Shown: positions 29,471 through 39,407, counted from the stretch's first letter. The stretch is 64,000 nt of DNA from an uncultured Candidatus Binatia bacterium (GCA_965204205.1 OZ241976.1:2922322-2986321), one strand, 5' to 3'. Numbers and translations are program-made. Notes: a model not told the origin generated them from the sequence alone.

Positions 29471-30855
29471 CTAGAGGAAATCCTCCAGTCGCACCCGGCC
29501 CGCGCCCATGGGCTGCAGGCGCTCGAACTCGAACCGTCGCGCCGGGTCGCACTCCGGCGGCTTGGTGGCGTCGATCATCACCTTGCCGCCGAGGCGGTGC
29601 CAGCCCGGCGCCCCGGGAGCCCCCACCTCCGTGCACGACGGGTCCATGGCGTGGATCTTGGCGCCGGGAATGGTGATGATGTCCTCGGCCGGGTTGACGC
29701 GCGTGGAAACGGCCCAGAGCACGTCGGCGTAGTTGAAGATGTCCACGTCCTCGTCCACGGCGATGGCCACCTTGGGATGCTGGTACTCGCTGGACAACGC
29801 GGCCATGAGCACGTTCCGGGCCTCGCCGTAGTAGCGGGGGTTCATCTGCACCACGAGGCCGAAGATGCCCGGCAGCACCAGCACGTTCTTCACCTGGGCG
29901 CCGCCGCCGACGCTCCGTACCCGCCGGAGGATCTGCGCCGACATCGGCACCTTGTGGTAGACGCAGCCCTCCACCTCGGCGCCGTTCTGGATGTTCTTGA
30001 AGATGGCATCGCCGCGCATGGTGACGGCGTTGACCTGGAACACGGGGTTCTGCCCGGCTCCCGCCAGGTAGTAGTCCTGGAACTCGCTGAAGGGGCCCTC
30101 CTCCTCGCGCACGTGGGGCAGGATCTCGCCTTCCAGCACCACCTCCGCCTGGGCCGGCACCTCCATGTCGATGGTCTCGCACTTCACCATCTCCACCTCT
30201 TCCTGCAGCAGCCCCGAGGCGATGGTCAGCTCGTCCCGGCCGTAGTCCGTGGTGGTGGCGGCGGCGAAGTAATACATGGGATGGTGGCCGATCATGAAGG
30301 CCACCGGCATGCCCTCGCCCTTGGACTCGTGTTTCTGGTAGTTGGCCCAGCCGTGGCGCGGGTAGAGCAGGATGCCGGTCTTGCGGGGTCCCTTCATCTG
30401 CAGGCGGTGGAAGCTCAGGTTGCGGTTGCCGGTGTCCGGGTCCTTGGAGATCATGAGCCCCGCGGAGATGAAGGGGCCGCCGTCGCGGATGCCGCACTGG
30501 TGGATCGGCAGCTTCGTGATGTCCACCTCGTCTTCCTTGAGCACGCGCTCCTTGACGGGGCCGGAAGACACGATGCGGGTGGTGCCGGCGGTCTGGGTGC
30601 GCCGCACGAACTCCGGCACCATCTCGTTGCGGTCAACGCCGAAGGCCAGCGGCGCCAAGCGCACGTCGCCGGGCGCCTGGCCGAGGCAGCGCCAGCCCGG
30701 GAAGCCGTCGAGGTTCTCGAACAAGAGCGCCCGCTCCCGGGACTGCCACAACAGCGCCCCCATCTGCGTCCGCGGGTCCACCGGCTTGGAGATGGTGTCA
30801 AGCACACCGGCGCCCCGCAACTGGTCGATCCAGGTGCGTATATCCTTTTTCATTT
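29471..30855 (-). CDS. UbiD-family (prFMN-dependent) reversible decarboxylase
   Basis: Start at MKKDIRTWIDQLRGAGVLDTISKPVDP (rc cat 30853-30855). UbiD N-terminal and central domains. No ubiX-like gene in the window. Confidence 0.8.
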
Positions 30856-30926
30856 GCCGTTTCGCCGTTCGGAGGTCATCGCCGCCCGGCGCGTGGAGAA
30901 CGCCGGGCGGCAACGGGGTTGGACTG

Positions 30927-32027
30927 CTATTTCTTGCGGGCCAGCAGCGCGGGGATGTACTCGTTCTTGAGGTAGTCCCATCCCGGCGAAGGCTTGAGCA
31001 TGCCCTCGGTGATCTTGTCCGCATCGGGACCCTTGATGTAGTCGAGCTTCAGCCCGAAGATCCTCTCCCACTCCTTCACGTAGGCGGGATCGGAGTACAT
31101 CTTGTCGAAGGCCGCCCGGATGGTTGCCACGCGGTCCGCCGGCGTTCCCGGAGGCACCACCAGGGTACGGTTGAGGGTCCGCATCGTGGGACCGGTAAGC
31201 CTGTACGCCTCCCACGCCGGACCCGAGGGGGCCTTGCCCTTCACCTTTTTGTAGACCTCCTCGAAGGTGGGTATGTCCGTACCCGGGGAACGGATGACCT
31301 TTCCCTCGGGGGTCAACACGCCGCCCTGCCAGATGACGATGGCCACACCCTCCTGGATAGGCCCGTAGTAACGTCCGCTGGTCCCGAGCACGTGATGCAG
31401 CCCGGTGCCGCCGACGTAGGAGACCTCACCCGACAGGAAAGCCAAAGCCATCTGGGCGGTTCCGGGGTACCCCACCGCGAAGCCGTAGCCCTTGATGCCC
31501 AGCAGGTCGAGGCCGATCACGTCGTTGAGGAAAGACGGTCCGTTGATGGAGCGTCCGGAAACCGCGATCTTCGTGGGATCGATCTTGGTCAGTTCGACGC
31601 CGGTCTTGACCTTGAGGAAGTCCCGGACGATGGCCGCGGAGGCGCCGCTGGTAGAGAAAATCGCCGGCATCTTCGCCAGGTCGAAGTTGGGCTTGGGTTC
31701 TTTCATCACCTGGTTACCCAGGTGGGACGAGCCCATAATGGACCAGGTAAGGCCGTCCTTGCTGGCCTTATGGTGGGTGTAGGCGCCGTGAATCAGGCCG
31801 GCCGCCCCGGGCATGTTGATCTTGACCACCTTCGACGGCTTGCCGGGAAGGTACTTGCCGATCCACCGGCCGATGAGCCGGCCTTCGGTATCGTGCCCGC
31901 CGCCGGGTGAATAGCCCGACAGGATCTGGATTCTCTTGCCTTCGGTGAAGGCGTGCGCCGAGCCCAAGGCGAGAATCCCCAGTAACGCACAGCCCACGAA
32001 CAACAACGACACTCTGCGTATGGTCAT
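30927..32027 (-). CDS. tctC: tripartite tricarboxylate transporter substrate-binding protein (TctC/Bug family)
   Basis: Signal peptide MTIRRVSLLFVGCALLGILALGSAHA. Bug-family fold motifs (PGGGHD, NMPGAAG). Confidence 0.8.
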   Translation of the reverse strand: MTIRRVSLLFVGCALLGILALGSAHAFTEGKRIQILSGYSPGGGHDTEGRLIGRWIGKYLPGKPSKVVKINMPGAAGLIHGAYTHHKASKDGLTWSIMGSSHLGNQVMKEPKPNFDLAKMPAIFSTSGASAAIVRDFLKVKTGVELTKIDPTKIAVSGRSINGPSFLNDVIGLDLLGIKGYGFAVGYPGTAQMALAFLSGEVSYVGGTGLHHVLGTSGRYYGPIQEGVAIVIWQGGVLTPEGKVIRSPGTDIPTFEEVYKKVKGKAPSGPAWEAYRLTGPTMRTLNRTLVVPPGTPADRVATIRAAFDKMYSDPAYVKEWERIFGLKLDYIKGPDADKITEGMLKPSPGWDYLKNEYIPALLARKK

Positions 32028-32079
32028 GAGACTTCTCCCTTCCGGGACGGGGCGTGATGCCCCGCCCCCTGCCCGAATG

Positions 32080-33162
32080 CTACTTGGTGCCGACGAACTT
32101 GCGGAGATGGGCCTGCCACTCGGCGGGCGCCATGGTCTCGTCGCGAATCTTGGTGGCAGCCTCCGGCGACACAAGCACTGGAGCGAGCTTCTGGCCGAAG
32201 ACCCTCTCCCAGTCCTTGATGAACCCCGGGTCCTTGGCCATCTTCCCGATCGCCTCGCGCAACTCCCCGACCTTGGCCCCGGCGATGCCCGGCGGCAAGA
32301 CCAAGGTACGTGTCAGATTCGAAATGCCGAGCCCGATGGCGCGCCACGCCTCCCAATCGGGCCCCGAAGGCTCCTTCTTGTGGACGGCCTTGTACACCTC
32401 GTACAGCGTGGGGACGTCCCCCTTTACCGTGGCGGACCGCGCGATGGAACCATCGCCCTTCAGGATGCCGCTCTGGTACATCGGGAACACCAGGCCCCGC
32501 TTGTGCAGGTCCACAAAGGCGCCGCCGCCCACCAGATGGGCGTCGCTGGCCACGAAGTAGCTCACCTCGCTCCGTTCCATTGCGGCCCTGATGGGCGACG
32601 TTCCCCCATAAGCGCAAACCGCCGTGTACTTCTGGATGCCCAGGAGGCGCAGCGCCAACTGTCCGCGCAGGCACGAGGAGCCCTGCTTGGAGCGCCCGGC
32701 AACGACGATCTTCGAGCGGTCGACCTTGGTCAGGAGATCATTGGCGTTTTTCGCCCCCAGGAAGTCCCTTGTCAAATGGACCTGGATGCCGGCAACGGAC
32801 CAGATGATCGGCATCTTCAGAAGGTCGTACTTGACCATCTCCGGCGGCGCCAGCACTGCCTGCATTCCATGGCTGCTGCCGAAAAGGCCGATGGTGTTCC
32901 CGTCCGGCTTGGCTCGGTTGTAGACGTAGGACGACATGATCATGCCGCCGGCTCCGGGCATATTCTGGACAAGGACCTTCGGGTTCCCGGCCAGGTACTT
33001 GCCGAGGTACCGCCCCATGACGCGCGCCTCGATATCATGGCCTCCGCCGGGCGGATAGCCGATCAGAATAGTCACGTTCTTGGCCGCCGCCGTCGTCGCC
33101 AAAACGGTGAACAGCAGCAGGAAAAACAGGGTGCACCAACTCGCCGCTCGCGATCGCTTCAT
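32080..33162 (-). CDS. tctC: second TctC/Bug-family periplasmic substrate-binding protein
   Basis: Signal peptide MKRSRAASWCTLFFLLLFTVLATTAAA. Same conserved motifs (PPGGGHD, NMPGAGG). Paralog of the adjacent tctC. Confidence 0.8.
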   Translation of the reverse strand: MKRSRAASWCTLFFLLLFTVLATTAAAKNVTILIGYPPGGGHDIEARVMGRYLGKYLAGNPKVLVQNMPGAGGMIMSSYVYNRAKPDGNTIGLFGSSHGMQAVLAPPEMVKYDLLKMPIIWSVAGIQVHLTRDFLGAKNANDLLTKVDRSKIVVAGRSKQGSSCLRGQLALRLLGIQKYTAVCAYGGTSPIRAAMERSEVSYFVASDAHLVGGGAFVDLHKRGLVFPMYQSGILKGDGSIARSATVKGDVPTLYEVYKAVHKKEPSGPDWEAWRAIGLGISNLTRTLVLPPGIAGAKVGELREAIGKMAKDPGFIKDWERVFGQKLAPVLVSPEAATKIRDETMAPAEWQAHLRKFVGTK

Positions 33163-33363
33163 TATCCGTTTACCTCCTGTGCAATGGCGACGTGCCATTG
33201 GACGAAACCCTCGGGCACACAAAGCCCTGGAACGCAAACGGGCCGAGGACTCAGTACACCGAGATCCTCAGCCCGTCTGTGGTTGACGGCCGCTCCTTGC
33301 GGAACCGACCTACGTCGGAAGCGTCGCCGGGGCGAACCCAGCGGCGCTCCTTCCGCACGAAAC

Positions 33364-33762
33364 CTATTTCTTCTTCGGCGCGGGTATGGTCAGCTTCGCC
33401 TTTGCCAGCGTGTTGCCATCCCCGTCCACCAGCATGACCTCGTGGTCGCCGGGCTTCAGCAGGCGCTTGATGGTCCGTCCCCGGATACCCCAGGTGGTGG
33501 AGACCATGCCCTTGTCGTCCGCCTTCTCGACGGCAGGCTTCGCGAGGAAGCTCACGTCCGACAGGACGCCGCCCATCATGGTCCGGATGCCCACCTCTTG
33601 GCCGGCCTTCAGCCCTTCCGCTGAGATCTTGACCTGCAGCCGGCCCTTCTTCGTTCCGCCCACGTCCACCATGAGCTTGGGACCCATAGCCATCGCGATG
33701 GACGACATCAGGAACAACGCTCCCAGGGCCGCTGCCAAACCGATTAGACTTTTCCTTGCCAT
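33364..33762 (-). CDS. small secreted protein of unknown function embedded in the tct locus
   Basis: 132 aa with cleavable signal peptide (MARKSLIGLAAALGALFLMSSIAMA), a beta-rich body, and a Lys-rich tail. No family recognised. Confidence 0.4.
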   Translation of the reverse strand: MARKSLIGLAAALGALFLMSSIAMAMGPKLMVDVGGTKKGRLQVKISAEGLKAGQEVGIRTMMGGVLSDVSFLAKPAVEKADDKGMVSTTWGIRGRTIKRLLKPGDHEVMLVDGDGNTLAKAKLTIPAPKKK

Positions 33763-33870
33763 ACGTTACCTCCCTTGTGGTTATTGTTCCGCCGATCCAG
33801 ACGGCTCCCTTTATACGTAAGCCTTGCGGCAAATGTCAAGGGGCCTGTCGACCGAAATTTTACCCCGCCA

Positions 33871-34407
33871 TCAAATGGGGACGAGGCTCGACAAGTACCA
33901 TTCCACCAGTCCCAGAATGAACTCCTGCGGCCCGTTGATCAAGCCCGGAGGCCACGGGATGTGCAGCACCATCTCGAACACCCCGATCATGAATATCATC
34001 ATGACCACCATGTAGGTCACCGCGACCTTCCACGTCTCGCCCGCCTGCAGGCCCAGGTAAAGGAGCAGGAAGAGCGGCACGCTCAGGATGAAGCCGATGA
34101 TCCAGATGGACAGGTAGAGGCCGAAGATCCACGCGAAGATATTGATGGCGCGCTGGATCACCACGGCCACCGGAACGCTGCGGTCCACCGGCAGGTCCAT
34201 CATGCCGGCGACGTCCTCGTCGCTGTCCTTCGCGCGGAACAGGTCCAGCCCCAACTGCAGGAAGCACAGCACCATGGTGGGGATCCCGATGGTCCAGGGA
34301 AACAGCCGCGCCTGGTATTGCCACTGCTTTGCCGTCGCCACCAGCCCGATCATCAGCAGCAGCACGAAAACGGTGAACAGTGCACCGGGGTTGGCCTTAA
34401 GCTTCAT
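33871..34407 (-). CDS. tctB: tripartite tricarboxylate transporter small membrane subunit TctB
   Basis: 178 aa, 4-5 TM helices, immediately upstream of and overlapping tctA. Confidence 0.65.
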   Translation of the reverse strand: MKLKANPGALFTVFVLLLMIGLVATAKQWQYQARLFPWTIGIPTMVLCFLQLGLDLFRAKDSDEDVAGMMDLPVDRSVPVAVVIQRAINIFAWIFGLYLSIWIIGFILSVPLFLLLYLGLQAGETWKVAVTYMVVMMIFMIGVFEMVLHIPWPPGLINGPQEFILGLVEWYLSSLVPI

Positions 34408-35929
34408 CCACGCCCTCGCTTTGTTCGCGCTCGATCCGGGTGTCGCGCATCTGCTGCAGCTCCTGCTGCTTGCGGGCGTTGCGAATGCCGTAGTACAGGC
34501 TGGCGACGATGAGCACCATCACGATCATGACGATGGGACGCAGCATCCACGTGGCGCCGTAGCGGCTGATGGAGATGAAGAGGTAGTTCTCGATGATGCC
34601 GCTCAGCACCAGCCCCAGGATCAGCGGCGGCCGCGGCCAACTGAACCGCTTCATGAACCAGCCGAGCACCGAGAAGAACAGCAGCGACCACAGGTCCCCG
34701 TAGTGCCGCGTGGCCTGGAACGAGGCCAGGAAGACGATGACCACCACCAGCGGCGTCAGCAGGTTGATCCGCACCATGGCGATCTTGGCCAGGGTGTTGG
34801 TCAGCAGCATGCACATGACGGTGCCGAAGATGTTGGCGATGGCCAGGCTCCAGATCATCGTGTAGGTGACCGCGAGGTCCTTGGTGAGCATGGCCGAGCC
34901 GGGGGTCAGCCCCTGGATGGTCATGGCCCCGAGCAGCAACGCCATGGAGGCGCTTCCCGGCACGCCGAAGGCGATGGTGGGGATGAGGGCGCCACCCTCC
35001 TTGGCGTTGTTGGCCGCTTCGGGTGCCAGCACCCCACGCACGTCGCCGGTGCCGAAGGTCTCGTTGGCCCCCTTCTCGGTCTGAATGGCGTGACCGTAGG
35101 CGAACCAGTCCACCACCGAGGCGCCGAGCCCGGGGATGGCGCCCACGAAGACGCCGACGACGCCGCAGCGCAGCACCAGGAACCAGTTGCGGAAGGTGTC
35201 CCGGATCCCCACCATCACCCCCCGCAGCCTTTCCTTGGGCACGTCCGCGATACGCGTTCCGCGGATGGTCAGGTCGACGATCTCGGGGATGGCGAAGATG
35301 CCCAGCGCCACCGGGACCAGGGGAACGCCGTCCCAGAGGTAAAGCTGGCCGAACACCCAGCGGAGCACGCCTGTCTGGGGGTCCATGCCCACCATGCCCA
35401 CGCACAGGCCGATAGCCCCGGCGATGAGCCCCTTCACCGGCGCGTTGCCGCTCAGGACGGCGACCATGGAGATGCCCAGGAGCCCCAGCATGAAGAACTC
35501 GGGGGAGCCGAACGCGAGCACGATGGGACGCAGCACCGGGATCGAAAGCGCGAGAATCAGCGACCCGAACACGCCCCCCAGGAGCGAGGCCATGTAGGCG
35601 CCGCCGAAGGCCCTTCCGGCCTCGCCCTTCTTGGCCATGGGATGGCCGTCGAGAATGGTGGCCTGGGACGCGGAGGTGCCGGGAACGCCGAAGAGAACCG
35701 AGGGAATCGTGTCCGAGGTGCTCGTCACCGAGATCAGCCCGATCATGATGGCGAACGCCTCGAAGGAGTCCATGTCGAAGGTGAAGGGCAGCAGGATGGC
35801 AAGACCGACGAGGCCCCCCAGGCCGGGTATCGCGCCCAGGGCCAGCCCCATGAACACGCCGATGAACAGGTACAACAGCCGGGTCGGAACCAGGAGGTTC
35901 TCAATCGCCAGGGTGGCGGCTTCCAGCAT
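34397..35929 (-). CDS. tctA: tripartite tricarboxylate transporter large permease TctA
   Basis: About 510 aa polytopic membrane protein with TctA-family repeats. Start at MLEAATLAIENLL (rc cat 35927-35929). Confidence 0.85.
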   Translation of the reverse strand: MLEAATLAIENLLVPTRLLYLFIGVFMGLALGAIPGLGGLVGLAILLPFTFDMDSFEAFAIMIGLISVTSTSDTIPSVLFGVPGTSASQATILDGHPMAKKGEAGRAFGGAYMASLLGGVFGSLILALSIPVLRPIVLAFGSPEFFMLGLLGISMVAVLSGNAPVKGLIAGAIGLCVGMVGMDPQTGVLRWVFGQLYLWDGVPLVPVALGIFAIPEIVDLTIRGTRIADVPKERLRGVMVGIRDTFRNWFLVLRCGVVGVFVGAIPGLGASVVDWFAYGHAIQTEKGANETFGTGDVRGVLAPEAANNAKEGGALIPTIAFGVPGSASMALLLGAMTIQGLTPGSAMLTKDLAVTYTMIWSLAIANIFGTVMCMLLTNTLAKIAMVRINLLTPLVVVIVFLASFQATRHYGDLWSLLFFSVLGWFMKRFSWPRPPLILGLVLSGIIENYLFISISRYGATWMLRPIVMIVMVLIVASLYYGIRNARKQQELQQMRDTRIEREQSEGVDEA

Positions 35930-36159
35930 ACGGACTCCCTTCTGCCCCCTTCGGAAAATCCACAGGGATATATCGAGGTCTGTGAAGACTGTCAAGGCAA
36001 CGCGTTCCGGCGGAGGCGCGCTCGCGGAACCGGCTCCCGTTGCGGGTTACGAGGAAAAGGACTAGTACGACGATATCGTGTGTCGCGAGCTCGGGTAAAC
36101 CGCCCGCGCGGACGGGTTCGCGAGGGCGAACCTCTCACCTCCCGGAAAGGACCGTCACC

Positions 36160-37068
36160 ATGGGAAATCTCGGCATCTGCTTCGTCAATCCGGCCCCGCA
36201 CATCGAACCGGGTTACGTCACGGACATGGCGCGGAAGTGCGACCAGGCCGGCTTGCACTCGTTCTGGACCATCGATCGCATCGCCTATGACAACCTGGAA
36301 GCGCTGACCGTGCTGGCGGCCGCGGCTGCCGCCACCGAGCGCATCCGGCTGGGAACGTCGGTGCTGCTGTCGGCGCTGCGCCACCCCGCGCTGCTGGCCA
36401 AGACCGTGGCCACCATCGACTTCCTGTCCAACGGCAGGATGACCCTGGGCATCGGCTTCGGCAGCCGGGAGAGCGACTTCACCTCCGTGGAGGTGCCCTG
36501 GGAGCACCGCGGGAGCCGCGCCGAGGAGTCTCTGGCGCTCATGAAGCGGCTCTGGACCGAGGAGGAAGTGGAGCACCACGGCCGGTTCTTCGACCTCCAC
36601 AGCACCCGCTTCGGGCCGGCGACCGTGCAGTCGCCCCACCCTCCCATCTGGATGGGCGGCGGCGCCGAACCCGTCCTGAAGCGCGTGGGGCGGTACGCCG
36701 ACGGCTACATCTGCGGCAGCAACGCGGTGCACGACTTCGATGCGGTGTGGGAGAAGATCAGCGGCCATGCCCGGGCCGCGGGCAGGAATCCGGACGACAT
36801 CGAGAAGGCCGGGCTCACGTTCATCGCCATCGACGACGACAAGGGCAAGGCGGTGGAGGCGTGCGAGAACTACCTCATCCGCTACTACGGCAAGGTCCGC
36901 ATGGACGTGGAAAAGTACATGCTGGTGGGCAGCGCCGACGCGTGCGCCGACGGCATCAACCGGATCTTCTCGGGCGGACTGCAGACGCTGATCATTGGCC
37001 TGGCCATCTCCGACCTGGCGCAACTGGATACGTTCGCGGAGAAGGTGCTGCCGCAGGTGCAGGGGTAG
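36160..37068 (+). CDS. LLM-class (luciferase-like) flavin/F420-dependent oxidoreductase
   Basis: TIM-barrel LLM motifs (HSFWTIDRIAYDNLE, MTLGIGFGS). Start at MGNLGICF (atg 36160). Confidence 0.8.
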   Translation: MGNLGICFVNPAPHIEPGYVTDMARKCDQAGLHSFWTIDRIAYDNLEALTVLAAAAAATERIRLGTSVLLSALRHPALLAKTVATIDFLSNGRMTLGIGFGSRESDFTSVEVPWEHRGSRAEESLALMKRLWTEEEVEHHGRFFDLHSTRFGPATVQSPHPPIWMGGGAEPVLKRVGRYADGYICGSNAVHDFDAVWEKISGHARAAGRNPDDIEKAGLTFIAIDDDKGKAVEACENYLIRYYGKVRMDVEKYMLVGSADACADGINRIFSGGLQTLIIGLAISDLAQLDTFAEKVLPQVQG

Positions 37069-37102
37069 GGGTAGGGCGCCTGCGTGATGGTGTAACGCCG
37101 CT

Positions 37103-37133
37103 GGGCGACCGGCGACCGGCGGGTCGCCCCTAC
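37103..37133. repeat. REP-like palindrome copy (with internal GCGACCG duplication)
   Basis: GGGCGACCGGCGACCGGCGGGTCGCCCCTAC between the convergent LLM gene and leuD. Confidence 0.5.
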
Positions 37134-37162
37134 AAAATACCGCCAGCGATTGGGCAGAAAGC

Positions 37163-37783
37163 CTACAACGGCGCGGGGTCCTCGAAGTTCTTGGTGTAGG
37201 GCAGCTTGCCCGCGGTCTTGTCGACCTCGGACATGTTGCCCAGGAGCAGCGCGGTGGAGTCCCACGAGCCCGTGGTCAGGGCGTTGCGGTGGCCGTCGCT
37301 GATGTCGAGGTCCATTTCGCTGCCGTCGGGCAGGCGGATCTTCCTGGCGTCGAGATCCACCGTGAGCTCCACCTGCGGATCGGATTCCGCCAGCGTCATC
37401 AGCGTCCCGATATCCTCGGACGAGACCATCACGGTGGGCATGCCCAGCAGCACGCTGCTACCGGCGAAGATGGGGCCGAAGGACTCGCCGATGATGACCC
37501 GGATGCCCCAGCGGTAGAGGGCCTGCGGGGCGTGCTCCCGCGACGAGCCGCAGCCGAAGTTGCGGTTCACCAGCAGCACCTCGGCGCCCTGGAAGCGGGC
37601 CTCGTTGAAGGGATGGTCCACGGGCTTGCCGCCGGAATCATAGCGTTCGTCGATGAACGGATACTCGCCCATGCGGCTGAAGGTGATCTCCTTGAGATAA
37701 CGGGCGGGAACGATCCGATCGGTGTCGATATCGTGTCCCCGCACGACCACGGCCCTGCCGCTTACCTGCCTGATCTCGCTCAT
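37163..37783 (-). CDS. leuD: 3-isopropylmalate dehydratase small subunit
   Basis: LeuD swivel domain. Start MSEIRQVSGRAVVV (rc cat 37781-37783) with GAGG 8 nt upstream. Confidence 0.9.
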   Translation of the reverse strand: MSEIRQVSGRAVVVRGHDIDTDRIVPARYLKEITFSRMGEYPFIDERYDSGGKPVDHPFNEARFQGAEVLLVNRNFGCGSSREHAPQALYRWGIRVIIGESFGPIFAGSSVLLGMPTVMVSSEDIGTLMTLAESDPQVELTVDLDARKIRLPDGSEMDLDISDGHRNALTTGSWDSTALLLGNMSEVDKTAGKLPYTKNFEDPAPL

Positions 37784-37798
37784 TCCGACCTCGTTGAG

Positions 37799-37955
37799 TG
37801 TTGCGTTCCACGAATACGTCGACGAATCTGCTGGTCCTTCTCGCCGTCGGCCGCGTTGCTCCTCCTCGCGTGGTACCGGCCACTGCTCGTCGTCGCGCCT
37901 TGCCGACGACAAGAAGTCCTGCGCATCTTCATCAACGTATTCGTGGAACGCAACA
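37799..37955. mobile_element. 157-bp MITE-like element, copy 1 (termini TGT...ACA, flanks TGAG / CTAG)
   Basis: Terminal inverted repeats TGTTGCGTTCCACGAATACGT / ACGTATTCGTGGAACGCAACA. Conserved about 90-bp core shared with copies at 45712-45868 (inverted) and 62881-63037. It fills the leuC-leuD spacer. Confidence 0.7.
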
Positions 37956-39353
37956 CTAGTTGTAATCCCGCACGTCCACGACCTTGCCGTTGAGCGCGGC
38001 CGCGGCCACCATGGCCGGACTCATCAGCAGCGTCCGCCCCTCCGGGCTCCCCTGGCGGCCGATGAAGTTCCGGTTCGACGATGAAGCGCACACCTCCCGG
38101 CCCTGGAGCTTGTCGGGGTTCATGGCCAGACACATGGAGCAGCCTGCCTCCCGCCACTGAAAGCCGGCCTCGGTGAAGACCCGGTCGAGCCCAGCCGCCT
38201 CCGCCTGCTTCTTCACTTCGACGGACCCGGGGACCACCAGGGCCCGCACGCCGGAGGACACCTGCCGCCCCTTGGCGACGCGCGCCGCGGCCACCAGGTC
38301 CGAAAACCGCGAGTTGGTGCAGGAACCGATGAATGCCACGTCGATGGGAGTGCCGAGGATCGGCGCCCCCGGCGTCCAGCCCATGTGCTGGTAGGCCTTC
38401 TCCACGGTCTGGGGATCCTTCAGGTCCTCGGGGCGGGGCATGTTCTCCAGCACGCCCAACGCCTGGCCGGGATTGATGCCCCAGGTGACCGTGGGCTCGA
38501 TGGCCGAGCCGTCGATGTCCACGACATCGTCATAGCCGGCGTCCGGATCCGACGCCATCGAGCGCCAGTACGCCGCCGCGCGGTCGAAGGCCTCGCCCTT
38601 GGGCGCGAACGGCCGTCCCAACAGGTACTCGAAGGTGGTGTCGTCGGGGTTGACGTAACCCACCAGGGCGCCGCCCTCGATGCTCATGTTGCAGACGGTC
38701 ATGCGCTCGTCCATGTTCATGGCATCCAGCACCGCGCCGCCGTATTCGTAGGCGAACCCCTTGCCGCCACCGACCCCGAGAGTCCGGATGATGGTCAGGA
38801 TCACGTCCTTGGCGTGCACCCCGAGGGGGAGGCTGCCGTTGACGTTGATGCGCCGCACGTCGAGCCGGTCCATGGACAGCGTCTGGGTCGCCAGCACGTC
38901 ACGCACCTGGCTGGTGCCGATGCCGAAGGCCAGCGTCCCGAAAGCTCCGTGGGTGCTCGTGTGGCTGTCGCCGCAGGCCAGGGTCATTCCCGGCTGGGTC
39001 AGGCCGAGCTGCGGGCCGATGACGTGCACGATGCCCTGGCGGTCGCTTCCCAGGCCGTAGAACTCGATGTCGAAGTCACGGACGTTCTTCTCCAGCGCCG
39101 CCATCATCGCCTCGGCCTGCTCGTCGGCGAAGGGCCGCACCTGGGTATCGGTGGGGATGATGTGATCGGCGGTGGCGAAGGTCCGCTGCGGATAGGCGAT
39201 GGAGAGCCCGCGCTCCCGCATCATGTCGAATGCCTGCGGGGTCGTGACCTCGTGGACCAGGTGCAATCCGATGAAGAGCTGGGTCTGGCCGGTGGGCAAC
39301 GTCGTCACCGCGTGGCTGTCCCAGACCTTGTCATAGAGCGTACGTTCGGACAT
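37956..39353 (-). CDS. leuC: 3-isopropylmalate dehydratase large subunit
   Basis: Aconitase-family Fe-S cluster Cys motifs. 465 aa. TAG stop codon lies inside the CTAG flank of MITE copy 1. Confidence 0.9.
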   Translation of the reverse strand: MSERTLYDKVWDSHAVTTLPTGQTQLFIGLHLVHEVTTPQAFDMMRERGLSIAYPQRTFATADHIIPTDTQVRPFADEQAEAMMAALEKNVRDFDIEFYGLGSDRQGIVHVIGPQLGLTQPGMTLACGDSHTSTHGAFGTLAFGIGTSQVRDVLATQTLSMDRLDVRRINVNGSLPLGVHAKDVILTIIRTLGVGGGKGFAYEYGGAVLDAMNMDERMTVCNMSIEGGALVGYVNPDDTTFEYLLGRPFAPKGEAFDRAAAYWRSMASDPDAGYDDVVDIDGSAIEPTVTWGINPGQALGVLENMPRPEDLKDPQTVEKAYQHMGWTPGAPILGTPIDVAFIGSCTNSRFSDLVAAARVAKGRQVSSGVRALVVPGSVEVKKQAEAAGLDRVFTEAGFQWREAGCSMCLAMNPDKLQGREVCASSSNRNFIGRQGSPEGRTLLMSPAMVAAAALNGKVVDVRDYN

Positions 39354-39407
39354 GGATACGTTCTCTCCTTGGCCGGAAGTTATAGCCAGCGACCTGCGCT
39401 AATTCAA

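Noticed and set aside
36061-36090. ACTAGT followed by TGTGTCGCGAGC in the tctA/LLM divergent region, resembling a MITE terminus
   Set aside because: No matching inverted partner and no conserved core nearby. CTAG plus a short GC string is insufficient evidence.
37638-37883. Small ORFs beginning MAGTTRG(R/G)AT... inside each MITE copy (also 45784-45984 and the N-terminal extension of the 61466-62965 ORF)
   Set aside because: The shared peptide simply reflects the conserved nucleotide core of the repeat. The ORFs have different lengths, overlap real genes (leuD, tolB) and have no start or RBS context.
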